A DNA stretch of 64,000 nucleotides, from assembly GCA_025284135.1 (NCBI GenBank), contig GCA_025284135.1_3646.1; one strand, given 5' to 3'. Of this stretch, positions 9,351 to 18,624 are shown in pieces. This stretch comes from a phage. How positions within the stretch are numbered: position 1 is the first letter of the stretch; every line of letters begins with the position of its first letter. The translations under genes and the position numbers were made by a program. Below the pieces are notes generated by a model that saw only the letters and a program-made list of their open reading frames with translations, made no database searches and was not told the DNA's origin.

Positions 9351-9776
9351 GTGGCAGCAGGTTATAAGCTGATAGGAAAGAACAGACTAATACCTCGTAA
9401 AACATTCAAAGGTCGCCACAGAGTGTATAACAAAACAGTTGGTGGCCCTTTTGCCAACGAGGGGTTAGAACTTGAGTATGAAGAGTTTGATGTCTTAGAG
9501 TGTGTTGTGCAGCCGTTGACAGGAAGGGCGGCTAAAGATTACTCCTCTCAAATAAACCCTGAAGGTGACAGACAGTACGAGGCTTTTACAGTTTACTCCT
9601 CAACCAAGTTGTATAGTCCGGATGAAGGAACATACGCAATGGCTGATCAAATTCAACTTCCTGACATCCGTGGTGACTTGAAATGGTTTACCGTTTTAAA
9701 ATGCGATGCATATGTTACCTCTGGTGGTGGGAGATATAGATTTTTTGTGGTAGAAGAGCCTGAAGGAGAAAACTAA
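9351..9776 (+). CDS. hypothetical protein (putative neck/tail completion)
   Basis: 141 aa; GTG start with AGGGGG SD; positional inference. Confidence 0.3.
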   Translation: MAAGYKLIGKNRLIPRKTFKGRHRVYNKTVGGPFANEGLELEYEEFDVLECVVQPLTGRAAKDYSSQINPEGDRQYEAFTVYSSTKLYSPDEGTYAMADQIQLPDIRGDLKWFTVLKCDAYVTSGGGRYRFFVVEEPEGEN

Positions 9777-10327
9777 TGGAAGCTTTCGAAAAAGTTTTTT
9801 CTGATCTTGAAACAACCATTGCTAAGCTTGTCAAGGTTGCCACAGGAAGAACTGTAGTTCTGGCAGAAAGCTCTACCATACCGAAGCCGGAAGGTGAGTT
9901 TGTACTTTTACAAACCTTGGCGATAAATCCTACCACTTGGGAAGATAATGAGTTTCAAGATGCGGAGGGTAATGCTTACGTCACCCACAGCTATACTGTT
10001 ACCTATCTGCTAACAGCTTATCGTGGCAGGGCATATGCTGCACTTAGCAGAGTATTGCAAGCAATAAATCTTCCAATGTTTTATGACAAGTATTTCCCTC
10101 TGGGGTCGTGCTTTGCCTACTCTAACAATTCAACAATCTCACCTCAAAGAGTGCCGTTGAATAAGCAGACGTATGAAAATAGAGCCACTGTGATGCTGAC
10201 ATTTAACGTAAGGTTTGTTGAAACAGACATTGGGGCTTTTGAGGATCTTCAGGGAATTAAGGCTGAAATAACCACACACTTCCCTTCACCCAATTCTGGT
10301 AAAGCGGTTACAGACAGTGGTCAGTAA
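9776..10327 (+). CDS. hypothetical protein (putative tail terminator/neck)
   Basis: 183 aa; start overlaps previous stop (TAATGG); immediately upstream of sheath gene. Confidence 0.3.
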   Translation: MEAFEKVFSDLETTIAKLVKVATGRTVVLAESSTIPKPEGEFVLLQTLAINPTTWEDNEFQDAEGNAYVTHSYTVTYLLTAYRGRAYAALSRVLQAINLPMFYDKYFPLGSCFAYSNNSTISPQRVPLNKQTYENRATVMLTFNVRFVETDIGAFEDLQGIKAEITTHFPSPNSGKAVTDSGQ

Positions 10328-10342
10328 TCGTTATAATTGTGT

Positions 10343-10359
10343 AGTGTAATGATTACACT
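10343..10359 (+). promoter_or_regulatory. perfect 17-bp palindrome AGTGTAAT-G-ATTACACT (candidate operator or RNA hairpin)
   Basis: Perfect dyad symmetry seen directly in sequence, just downstream of a TATAAT hexamer (10332-10337) and ~40 nt upstream of the sheath start. Confidence 0.4.
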
Positions 10360-10399
10360 GCGTGTTTGATATCCGTGCACAGATATTAAGAGGAAACAA

Positions 10400-11776
10400 A
10401 TGCCATATTTAGATAAGGTGGTAGATGTTACAGTTAACCTCGGAACCCAGCCTATTGACACTGTAGGTTTCGAAACTCCCCTGTTCATCGCTATCCACAA
10501 CAACTTTACTGAGCGAGCTCGCGTATATGCGGAGCTGGATCAGATGGTGGAAGATGGTTTCGCACAAGGCTCTGCAGCGTATGAGTTTGCAGCAAAAGCT
10601 TTTGGTGGTGTATTCCCTCCACAATACGTTATGATCGGCAGACAGGCCAAAGAAAAGACCACTGTAGATTTTAAAGGTATTGCTGCCGCAGCTGATACCG
10701 ATGTCGTAATGACTATTGCAAAAGGTAGCTACAATACTTCTTTGATAGTGCCTATCTCTGGTGGAACAGGTGCAACTCAGATTGCAGAGTCAATGAAGAC
10801 TAAAATTGAAGCAGATGATAGCTTGAACGATATCACTGTAGAGGCTGCTGAAGGTGTTCTCACCATCACTGGTAACTGCACTGTTGGTTATCATACTGGT
10901 AACTACACAATCAAAAATATCGCCAATGCTGAAAAACCTTCTACAGTAGTTGATAAGATCAATGCTGAGCGTGACAATTGGTACTTCCTGTGCCATGAAG
11001 ACCACACCGACATTGAAGCATGTGCCAAGTGGGCTCAGGCTAACTATAAGCTGCATGTCTACTCTACTGCAGAAGATGTGACTGGCAAAGATAATAACAT
11101 CGCCACCAAACTGATGGCTGCACAGTATGACAGTGTCGGCATGTACGATCCTCGTGCTGATAAAGATTTTCCAGAGGGTGGTATCGTAGGCGCTATGGCA
11201 TCCAACGATCCGTCTTACGGTGACAGCTTGCACTTAAAACAGATGCCGGGTGTGATTGCACCATCTCTGACTTTAACTCAGCGCATGGCGATTTGGGAAA
11301 ACCACGTTAACTTCTATAGAATGATTAACGGTGTTGGTGCTTTCTGGGAAGGTAAGTGTGCTTCAGGTCAGTATGCAGACGCTATTCGTTTTGCACACTG
11401 GATCAAGTTCAGATCTGAAGAATCTATGTTTGGGTACATGCATCGCCGCTCCAACATGGGTTTAAGCATGAAGATGTCTGATGATGATCTTCCGGTTATC
11501 AAGTCTGTCTTGATGAACAACCCAATCAACACTGGCATTAAGAATGGTGCGATCCTGACAGGTTTCGACGAAGACAATAATGTATTCTACGACCCGATCA
11601 TTACAGTTCCTAAACGTGCAGAAATCCCAACTAATCAGTTGGCTGCTCGTGTTCTGGAAGGTGTGAAAGTAGAACTGGTGTATAACAACGCCCTGCACTT
11701 CGTTCGTATCCGGATCAACGTCCTTCTGGACAAAGTTGGTTCTAAATCCACCAATGCTGTTGCAATGACTGAATAA
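10400..11776 (+). CDS. tail sheath protein (putative)
   Basis: 458 aa; followed by tube-sized gene, frameshifted chaperone and tape measure (canonical contractile-tail order); C-terminal segment MINGVGAFWEGKCASGQYADAIRFAHWIKFRSE resembles the conserved sheath C-terminal motif; host-optimised codons. Confidence 0.6.
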   Translation: MPYLDKVVDVTVNLGTQPIDTVGFETPLFIAIHNNFTERARVYAELDQMVEDGFAQGSAAYEFAAKAFGGVFPPQYVMIGRQAKEKTTVDFKGIAAAADTDVVMTIAKGSYNTSLIVPISGGTGATQIAESMKTKIEADDSLNDITVEAAEGVLTITGNCTVGYHTGNYTIKNIANAEKPSTVVDKINAERDNWYFLCHEDHTDIEACAKWAQANYKLHVYSTAEDVTGKDNNIATKLMAAQYDSVGMYDPRADKDFPEGGIVGAMASNDPSYGDSLHLKQMPGVIAPSLTLTQRMAIWENHVNFYRMINGVGAFWEGKCASGQYADAIRFAHWIKFRSEESMFGYMHRRSNMGLSMKMSDDDLPVIKSVLMNNPINTGIKNGAILTGFDEDNNVFYDPIITVPKRAEIPTNQLAARVLEGVKVELVYNNALHFVRIRINVLLDKVGSKSTNAVAMTE

Positions 11777-11786
11777 GGAAGCCTAG

Positions 11787-12260
11787 ATGGAAACTCAAAT
11801 TTTAACTCCTTATGCGTATGACCCTAAAAAGGTCAAACTGTATCTGATGCAGCAGCGTGTCACTGGCTTCGCTGCTGACACCAAGATTGTTGTTTCAAGA
11901 AACGAAGACAACATTTATCCTCACGTCGGCGTGGATGGTGAAATGTCTGCAGCTCTGTCCCGTAACCAATCTGGTGTTATGACTGTATCTTTGCAGAACA
12001 CTTCTGTATGGAACGCTTACCTTTCCGACTGGCAGAAACAGGCATCGATTACTGGCCTGGTATTCTTCCCGGTTCTGCTGGAAGGTAGCCAGGGCCCTGG
12101 TATTTCCACAATCGGTTGGATCCAGAAACAGCCTGACCTGACTTACGGAACCGAAGTAGGTCAACTGGACTGGGATATCGGTATTCTGGATGCATGGCTC
12201 AACCGTGATAACATCACTGGTGCTCTTACTGGCCTCGCAGGTCTTGCAGGTATTATCTAA
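11787..12260 (+). CDS. tail tube protein (putative)
   Basis: 157 aa; position between sheath and chaperone genes; host-optimised codons; followed by terminator. Confidence 0.5.
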   Translation: METQILTPYAYDPKKVKLYLMQQRVTGFAADTKIVVSRNEDNIYPHVGVDGEMSAALSRNQSGVMTVSLQNTSVWNAYLSDWQKQASITGLVFFPVLLEGSQGPGISTIGWIQKQPDLTYGTEVGQLDWDIGILDAWLNRDNITGALTGLAGLAGII

Positions 12261-12277
12261 GGGCACACTTTAGCATA

Positions 12278-12310
12278 AGCCTCACCTTCGGGTGGGGCTT
12301 TTTGCTTTTT
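12278..12310 (+). terminator. intrinsic terminator (UUCG tetraloop)
   Basis: AGCCTCACC-TTCG-GGTGGGGCT stem-loop followed by TTTTGCTTTTT. Confidence 0.7.
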
Positions 12311-12351
12311 ATGGTTTTGACACACGTTCTTGAATTGCTTGAAAGGTTAAA

Positions 12352-12380
12352 TTGACAATGCACCATAATCATGGTAAAAT
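12352..12380 (+). promoter_or_regulatory. sigma70-type promoter, extended -10 (TTGACA-N17-TGgTAAAAT)
   Basis: Consensus -35 TTGACA, 17-nt spacer, TG-extended -10; bracketed by a 9-bp inverted repeat TGCACCATA/TATGGTGCA (12359-12367 and 12388-12396). Confidence 0.6.
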
Positions 12381-12423
12381 ACACAAATATGGTGCACAAC
12401 ATGACTAATAAGGATGCTATAAA

Positions 12424-12891
12424 ATGGCTATAAACTTTAGACCTACAACAGAGATTGATTTAGCAGGGCACAACTTTGTGATCACCCACTGGGGACCGAT
12501 GAAAGCAATGAAAAACATGCCTAAAATCGGTAAGATTGTGGCTGTTCCGCTAGGTGCTATCGGTGGATCTATTATCTCAGGCGGTCAGAATATGGCAGAG
12601 GTACTTCCTACTGCTCTGGCTTACCTGTTCCAAGAACTTGATGATAACTCTATTGAAGAGTTATTTAAAATCTTGTTCGAAGATATTACCGTGGATGGTG
12701 TGGATAAGCTTAACCCGGATGTTGTGTTTGCAGGACATCTGCTGGAGATGATTAAGCTGGCAGGTAAGGTTCTGGAGGTTAACTACGGCTGTTTTTTCAC
12801 ACAAGACGGTTTAGGAAGCCTTCTGGAGATGTTACAGCAGATGGGTATGATTCAGCAGGTGAACAACCTGGATCAGACTCCGGAAGAGTAG
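12424..12891 (+). CDS. tail assembly chaperone (gpG/gpE-like, frame-0 product)
   Basis: 155 aa; between tube and tape measure genes; contains slippery heptamer T_TTT_TTC near its 3' end with an open -1 frame continuing to 13157. Confidence 0.6.
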   Translation: MAINFRPTTEIDLAGHNFVITHWGPMKAMKNMPKIGKIVAVPLGAIGGSIISGGQNMAEVLPTALAYLFQELDDNSIEELFKILFEDITVDGVDKLNPDVVFAGHLLEMIKLAGKVLEVNYGCFFTQDGLGSLLEMLQQMGMIQQVNNLDQTPEE

Positions 12892-13157
12892 GAATAAGCA
12901 AGGTTGTTGTGAGGGCCAGTGAGTGGGCAGCTAAGAACAGTTCACTCAACTGGTTCGACTTTCTTTGGTGCAGGGTGCTCAAGAATTTCAAAGGGGAAAA
13001 TTTTGAATCGCTAAATCTTGCAGATATGGCGTATTTCCTGAAGCTATGTGAGTATCTTGATATCGAAGAATTCCTAGATACCGTCCAAAACAGGGAAATG
13101 GAGCGGGAGCAGAAGGCTGCCGCAGCTGCTGCGAAAGCTAAGCGCAGGAGAGGATAA
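12424..13157 (+). CDS. tail assembly chaperone, predicted -1 programmed frameshift fusion product (gpGT/gpE+E'-like)
   Basis: -1 frame is open from 12783 to 13157 and overlaps the 3' end of the upstream ORF; slippery site T TTT TTC at 12792-12798 in the correct zero frame; conserved position upstream of tape measure gene. Confidence 0.5.
12792..12798 (+). other. candidate -1 ribosomal frameshift slippery heptamer (T_TTT_TTC)
   Basis: X_XXY_YYZ heptamer in frame of ORF 12424-12891 (codons TTT TTC = FF of ...NYGCFFTQ...). Confidence 0.5.
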
Positions 13158-13160
13158 TCT

Positions 13161-13198
13161 AAGGGCCGGATTCCTTTTCTGGGATCTGGCCCTTTTTA
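13161..13198 (+). terminator. intrinsic terminator/attenuator
   Basis: Long imperfect stem AGGGCCGGATTCC...GGGATCTGGCCCT followed by TTTTTATT; lies between chaperone and tape measure genes. Confidence 0.5.
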
Positions 13199-13211
13199 TT
13201 ATGAGGAAACC

Positions 13212-15548
13212 ATGGCTACAAACAAAATAGTTGCCACAACAGTCAACAAGATTGGCTTTGAGATAGAGAACTCCTCCTACAAAAAAGCTGTAGAGAAAAT
13301 TCGCAGTATTGGGAGGGAGTTCAGGAAACTGGGCGAGGATTTTAACTCAGCCAACCCCATGAGTAGATGGCAGGCAGTGGCGGTTAAAACTCAGCAGACA
13401 ATGCAACGTGTTGCCAGACAACAATCTCAAGCAAATGCTAAACTGCACAGGGAGAGCGTTGCTCAGGCCAAGAAAGAGGCTGCAGTAAAGGCTGCAATAG
13501 AGCGTAGGGAGAATGCAAGACGTAGGCAAGCTGTAGGCAATCTTACCGCCAAAAACCCAGAGATGGCTAGGATGCGTAAGTTCTACCAGCAGCAAGCTAA
13601 AGAGGCTAAAAAAGCTGCCAAATCTGCACCAGTATCCTATGGGGGTTATAAGGCACCTAAGGCAAGAGTTCTTGCTAACGCCAAGTCTTTCAGATATATT
13701 CCAGGCAACCCGAACATGGGTGGGGTGGCTTCAGATCCTAATCTTGTGAAAGCCCAGACCGCTGCCATGAATCGTTATCATAGACAGCTAAGAAGAGACA
13801 GTAAAGCTGGTATGGATAATAGGCTTATGTCGGATCGTGAGGCAAGGAGAACCCACCTCTACAACTCCGCGATAAGACTTTCTGCCAAGTATGGGGCCGG
13901 ATTCCGTGGAAGCTTGCCAGGATACTCAGAGTTAGAGTCTAGGTTTGCTCGCGGGGAGATGAAAAAGTCAACCTTTAACGCCCACCTGTCAGCTCTGCAG
14001 TCTGGATTTAAAAGCGCCACCAGCCAAACGCTTACACTAGGCGATGCCATGAGAGACTTACGTAGATCTGTTATTAATGCAACAGCTGCGTATACAGCTT
14101 TTTCTGGATTTGCTGCGGTTAACAGATCCGGTCACATGATGGAGGGGGCAAGTGCTGCTCTTACTGCTGTTACTGGAGATCCAAACAAAGCCAACAGTGA
14201 GGTTGCGTTTGTCCAGCAAGAGGCTATGCGTCTTGGTTTTGATCTCAAATCTGGTCTTCAAGGTTACGCCCAGATGTCGGTAAACGCCAAAAACCAGATG
14301 ACAAATCAGGAAGTGCATGAGCTGTTTTCTGCATACTCCCAGTATGCTGCTGCTTATGGTGCTGATGAGGTAAAATATCAGCGCGGTATCATGGCAATCC
14401 AGCAGATGCTTGGCAAGGGACAAGTAATGTCCGAGGAACTGAAGCAACAGCTTGCTGAAGCATTACCTGGTGCATACGAACCTTTTATCAAGGCCACCAA
14501 AGAGGCTTTTGGTCTTTCTGAACTCTCCATGGATCAGTTCATGGACATGATGAAGAAAGGTGAGGTTAAAACAGCCAAGATCATGAAGTATGTGGCTAAG
14601 TACATGAACGAGGCATCTGCAGCTGGTTATGAAAGAATGCAGAAGTCTAACGTGCTGGCAGAAAACAGACTGAAAACCTTCATCGAACTGACTCGTCAGA
14701 AACTGTTCACCCGTTGGTCTGACGAACTGACAGAGTTCTATTATACACTGATCCGCACTGGTGAGACTCTGCAATTTGTATGGGATGCCTCTGGTGATTT
14801 TGTTAGCGGGTTTGTGAGAGGCCTTAACTGGGTAGTTGGTGAACTAAACAACACCATAGTCAAGATCCGCATGTTTTTCCTTGAATGGGGGATTAAATGG
14901 GGATTCATAACAGCTAAGACGAAGGAATATTCTGAAGAGCTTCATGACACCTTTAGCTATGCTAAATGGGCAGGGTTTGCTGCTGCCATCATGCTGGTCG
15001 TCAACGCTCTAACAAAAGGTTTTGTCATGGCATCCATGCTTGTAAAAACCTTTAAATTCCTTAACTCTCTAAGAGGTGCAGCTGGAGCAGCAGGTGCCGC
15101 TACTGCAGAAGGATCTGGTGGTGGCGCTCCGGCAGGAAAAGGTGGGGGTGGCCTCAAGACACCTGGTGGCAAAGTTGGTCTGCTCGGTAAGCTGGGCATT
15201 ATCGGCACAATACTAAGCGCCGGGGAATTATTTAATGACCGTTACAACCCGCTAAGTGAAAGAAATCAGCAGCTGGATACTATCAGCGATATGATTCGCA
15301 AAGATATCATATCGGGAGGTAACGGGTTTGTTAATCCTTTGGACACCTTACCTGGTGGGACTCTTCCGTTGCCAGGTGGCCCTGGTTTTGCTTCTCAATT
15401 AAGAACTATGGAAATGCTACCTTTAGAGATCAGTGATGGGAAAATCACGATTTCAATAGATGAGGGCGAGTTTAACAAAATATTTGATGCAAAACTTGAG
15501 TGGGAGAACAATAAAGATATCAACTTCATGTCTACCGACCTTTGGTAA
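13212..15548 (+). CDS. tail tape measure protein
   Basis: 778 aa; Ala/Lys/Gln-rich helical N-terminal half, hydrophobic segment and Gly-rich stretch (GAAGAAGAATAEGSGGGAPAGKGGGG) near C-terminus; position after frameshifted chaperone. Confidence 0.8.
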   Translation: MATNKIVATTVNKIGFEIENSSYKKAVEKIRSIGREFRKLGEDFNSANPMSRWQAVAVKTQQTMQRVARQQSQANAKLHRESVAQAKKEAAVKAAIERRENARRRQAVGNLTAKNPEMARMRKFYQQQAKEAKKAAKSAPVSYGGYKAPKARVLANAKSFRYIPGNPNMGGVASDPNLVKAQTAAMNRYHRQLRRDSKAGMDNRLMSDREARRTHLYNSAIRLSAKYGAGFRGSLPGYSELESRFARGEMKKSTFNAHLSALQSGFKSATSQTLTLGDAMRDLRRSVINATAAYTAFSGFAAVNRSGHMMEGASAALTAVTGDPNKANSEVAFVQQEAMRLGFDLKSGLQGYAQMSVNAKNQMTNQEVHELFSAYSQYAAAYGADEVKYQRGIMAIQQMLGKGQVMSEELKQQLAEALPGAYEPFIKATKEAFGLSELSMDQFMDMMKKGEVKTAKIMKYVAKYMNEASAAGYERMQKSNVLAENRLKTFIELTRQKLFTRWSDELTEFYYTLIRTGETLQFVWDASGDFVSGFVRGLNWVVGELNNTIVKIRMFFLEWGIKWGFITAKTKEYSEELHDTFSYAKWAGFAAAIMLVVNALTKGFVMASMLVKTFKFLNSLRGAAGAAGAATAEGSGGGAPAGKGGGGLKTPGGKVGLLGKLGIIGTILSAGELFNDRYNPLSERNQQLDTISDMIRKDIISGGNGFVNPLDTLPGGTLPLPGGPGFASQLRTMEMLPLEISDGKITISIDEGEFNKIFDAKLEWENNKDINFMSTDLW

Positions 15549-15559
15549 TAAACTGTGCA

Positions 15560-15585
15560 GGGGGCTCCGGGCCCCCTTTATTTTA
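15560..15585 (+). terminator. intrinsic terminator
   Basis: GGGGGC-TCCGG-GCCCCC hairpin followed by TTTATTTTA. Confidence 0.7.
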
Positions 15586-15591
15586 TCGGTG

Positions 15592-15620
15592 TTGTAAAAA
15601 CAGCTATTTTATGATACAAT
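15592..15620 (+). promoter_or_regulatory. sigma70-type promoter, extended -10 (TTGTAA-N17-TGaTACAAT)
   Basis: Hexamers with 17-nt spacer directly after terminator; first ATG (15627) lies ~7 nt after the -10, so a leaderless start is possible. Confidence 0.5.
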
Positions 15621-15626
15621 ATCTAG

Positions 15627-16538
15627 ATGGTATCGGAGTGTCCTGGAGAGGTTATGCCAAGCAATATAGTTGATGAAAAAGACCTGTACAAGCCTCAAGA
15701 GGTTAAATCTCCAAAGGCTGAAAAGGCAGAGCAGCAAACTGAAAGCGATGTAAAGTACACTATGTTTGTCAGCGGTCTTAACTATGGTGGTCGCAATACG
15801 GAGATGAAGGGTAAAAACTTTACTAACGATCTTGCCATTATCTTCGACCAGGTTGAGAACTATTCTTTCAAACATTCTGTTGATAAGACTGATTTTGCAG
15901 TGGAAGATAAATCTACCCTGTCAGACCACGCTGTAATTAAAGATGGTGTATTTTCTTTTACTGGTAGGGTAAATACATCACCACATATAATCTATGAGCA
16001 AAACTACATTGACAGGAATACTGACTCTAAAAACCCTGCAGCATCTATGCGACCGGGCGCTGCACTGGAGGCTTTGACTGAAATCATTAATAAGCGCCAA
16101 TTGGTTTCTTTGGTTACCGAGGAAAGACTCCTTGAGAACTACATTATAACCAGCCTTTCTGCCAGCAAGTCTGTTGGCGAAGGTGCTGCAATGGTTTTTG
16201 ATGTAGAGCTTACAGAGTTCCGCACATTCTACTTGAACAAGGTTGTTAATGCAACTGTATACAGCAATCCTAAGAAAGTAGGCAAGACCCAACAAAAAGG
16301 TGCTGTCAACGACTGTAAGAATGGTAGTAACGTAGGTAACAAGAGGGACACAGGAGCATTCGCAGACACTGCATCCACAAACGCTGCAGAGGAGTGGCAG
16401 CCATACAAATCTATGATGTGGACAGATGAAAACGGTGTTACCCAATCGGCTGCGGATTGGTATTATCAGGAATATGGAAGACCTTCTACCATAGTCCCAT
16501 CTGAGCAGGGAAACTACAACAAAGTTAACGGGAAATAA
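15627..16538 (+). CDS. tail/baseplate-associated protein (hypothetical)
   Basis: 303 aa from track; alternative start at ATG 15654 with GGAGAGG SD; position after tape measure (as Mu gp43 / P2 gpU); no motif support. Confidence 0.3.
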   Translation: MVSECPGEVMPSNIVDEKDLYKPQEVKSPKAEKAEQQTESDVKYTMFVSGLNYGGRNTEMKGKNFTNDLAIIFDQVENYSFKHSVDKTDFAVEDKSTLSDHAVIKDGVFSFTGRVNTSPHIIYEQNYIDRNTDSKNPAASMRPGAALEALTEIINKRQLVSLVTEERLLENYIITSLSASKSVGEGAAMVFDVELTEFRTFYLNKVVNATVYSNPKKVGKTQQKGAVNDCKNGSNVGNKRDTGAFADTASTNAAEEWQPYKSMMWTDENGVTQSAADWYYQEYGRPSTIVPSEQGNYNKVNGK

Positions 16539-16550
16539 GGGGAGCGTATA

Positions 16551-16931
16551 ATGGAGCTTAAAGATTGGTGCATAATCACCTTTGTGTGGGACATTGACGG
16601 CTTTCCTGATCAAACCATGCGTGTTGTTTTAGACAACGAAACGTATGAAATGCGTATGCAATGGAATGAGAGGGATGAGTCTTGGTGGTTATCTCTTGGT
16701 CCAGTAGGTGACAGCCCTTTAGTAACCAGAAAAGTAACAGCTTGTCAAGATATCTTAGACGGACTGCATTATAGAGACGATTTACCGAAAGGTAGATTGA
16801 TGGCACTGTCGTTTAAAGATGATCAATATTGGGGCAGGGTTGGAAGATACAACCTTGGAGCAAGATCCGAGCTACAACTTGTATACGGCACCCCAGTTGA
16901 TCTTTACAAGGAACAGCAAGGGTTAGAATAA
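16551..16931 (+). CDS. hypothetical tail protein
   Basis: 126 aa; positional inference. Confidence 0.3.
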   Translation: MELKDWCIITFVWDIDGFPDQTMRVVLDNETYEMRMQWNERDESWWLSLGPVGDSPLVTRKVTACQDILDGLHYRDDLPKGRLMALSFKDDQYWGRVGRYNLGARSELQLVYGTPVDLYKEQQGLE

Positions 16932-17935
16932 TGGCAGAGTACAGACGTAGAACATGGCGATTATTGTTTGGTCGTCCTGTAGAACATGGCGGTAAATCAA
17001 AAACCAATATCCCAAAATCTGTTGAAAAGAAAGGGGAGAGTGATTCCGGAGTTTATGAAGTTAGCTCAGACACTGGTGCTGCCAATATAGAGTTTGACAT
17101 ACAAAAGGACAATACCAAAGAGCCAAACAAAGGTTATGTGACAGTTTACAACCTGTCCGACGATACAGTTAACTATCTGGATATGCATCAGGCTGATGCT
17201 CTTGCAGTTATGTTTGAAGCTGGCTATGATAATGAGAACCAGTTGATATTCTCCGGAACTGTGGAGTTTGTTGAAGACAGATGGGAAGGTCCTACCAGAA
17301 AAACTAAGTTCATCTTTGGGGATGGCACTGAGAACATCATTAAGTGCCAAAGCACAAGATCTTATCAGAAAGGCACACCTCTGAACTCTGTGCTTAATGA
17401 CTTACTGAAGGATATGAACTTGCCAAAAGGTAGGGTTGTTGGTTTTGGAAACCAGACTTTGCAATACTCTATGGCTTTCTCTGGAAACACTGCAGAGAAC
17501 CTCCGCAGGTTTGCAAGGCTGACCAACTCAACATTTAGCGTTCAGGATGGGGCTTTGTATTGGACCAAGGTTGGAAAAAGGTTCAAAGACTCTGTGTTTG
17601 AAATAAGCGCAGAGTCTGGGATGCACGGATCTCCTACCCCTAAAAACCCAGAACCTGCTAAAAAACGAAAAGCTAAAGCTGCTGCCAAAGGTGGTTCGAC
17701 ATCTAAAAAGAAAAAGAAAAACCCGAGAGAGGATGTTGGCCTTACTGTAACCACATGCCTTAACGGAGCTATCCTCCCAGAGTCCACTATTTATCTTAAA
17801 AGCAAGCAATATACAGGCTTCTATAAGGTGATCACGGTGCATCATAAGGGCACCATAGAAGGTGGTGATTACACTACAGAGCTTGGCCTTGGGGAAACAG
17901 TGGGTGGAGTTGTTGACAAAACTGAGGAGGTATAA
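16931..17935 (+). CDS. baseplate hub-like protein (putative, Mu gp44 / P2 gpD position)
   Basis: 334 aa; positional inference; contains a poly-lysine linker (KKRKAKAAAKGGSTSKKKKKNP) encoded by an A-rich tract near 17640-17720. Confidence 0.3.
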   Translation: MAEYRRRTWRLLFGRPVEHGGKSKTNIPKSVEKKGESDSGVYEVSSDTGAANIEFDIQKDNTKEPNKGYVTVYNLSDDTVNYLDMHQADALAVMFEAGYDNENQLIFSGTVEFVEDRWEGPTRKTKFIFGDGTENIIKCQSTRSYQKGTPLNSVLNDLLKDMNLPKGRVVGFGNQTLQYSMAFSGNTAENLRRFARLTNSTFSVQDGALYWTKVGKRFKDSVFEISAESGMHGSPTPKNPEPAKKRKAKAAAKGGSTSKKKKKNPREDVGLTVTTCLNGAILPESTIYLKSKQYTGFYKVITVHHKGTIEGGDYTTELGLGETVGGVVDKTEEV

Positions 17936-18612
17936 TGGCAATAAATAGGAAAGATGCTGCTGTAAGATCCTTCATAGAAAAAATAATGAGGGACTACCAC
18001 ACCAGTATCAGGGCCAGAGTTGTCAGTGTAGACTACAGTATCCCTTCTGCATCTGTGCAGCCAATAGCTGAAACCACGTTTGATGACGGAGATGTGGAGA
18101 GATACCCCCTTATCTATGACGTTCCAATTCAGGTGATGTCTGCAAACAGCGGAAAGGCAAGGTTAACACTTCCTATTAAGGCCGGAGATGTTGTAGGATT
18201 GCAGTTTTCAGAGAGGAATGAAAACAATAACGACGATCAACAAACTCACGGCCTGTTTCCAGGGTGGGCAATCACCTCCGTTCATTCAGACTCAAACGCT
18301 TTACAGATCGATCCTGATAACGTAGAGTTATGGAATGATAGGGTTTATTTTAAACTGACACCTTCTGGCGATTTTGAGCTTCAGACACCGGGTGGAACAT
18401 TACGGTGCGACAGCAGCGGGGAGTTTTCTTTCACTAACGGTGCTGCCAATTTGCGAGCTGCTGTGGATGGAAATATCAGAATGAATGGTGCCACAATAGA
18501 CCCATCTGGTAGAATTATAACTGCTGCTGGCGTGGATTTGGATTCATTCTATGCAGAATATAAAGGTCATACCCACTCTTGCCCTGATGGCGAGACAAGT
18601 GGACCGCACTAA
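17935..18612 (+). CDS. baseplate spike protein (P2 gpV / Mu gp45-like)
   Basis: 225 aa; C-terminal apex motif YKGHTHSCPDGETSGPH closely resembles the P2 gpV C-terminus (LHTHKHPGDSGGTTGSPL, metal-binding HxH). Confidence 0.6.
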   Translation: MAINRKDAAVRSFIEKIMRDYHTSIRARVVSVDYSIPSASVQPIAETTFDDGDVERYPLIYDVPIQVMSANSGKARLTLPIKAGDVVGLQFSERNENNNDDQQTHGLFPGWAITSVHSDSNALQIDPDNVELWNDRVYFKLTPSGDFELQTPGGTLRCDSSGEFSFTNGAANLRAAVDGNIRMNGATIDPSGRIITAAGVDLDSFYAEYKGHTHSCPDGETSGPH

Positions 18613-18624
18613 TAGAGGGCTTTC

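Noticed and set aside
12909-13157. Independent 82-aa gene starting at GTG 12909
   Set aside because: More parsimoniously the C-terminal part of the -1 frameshift fusion from the upstream chaperone gene (open -1 frame from 12783, slippery site at 12792-12798)
17640-17720. A-rich tract (aaaaagaaaaagaaaaac) as a programmed frameshift or slippage site
   Set aside because: It simply encodes an in-frame poly-lysine linker (KKRKAKAAAKGGSTSKKKKKNP); no alternative open frame continues downstream
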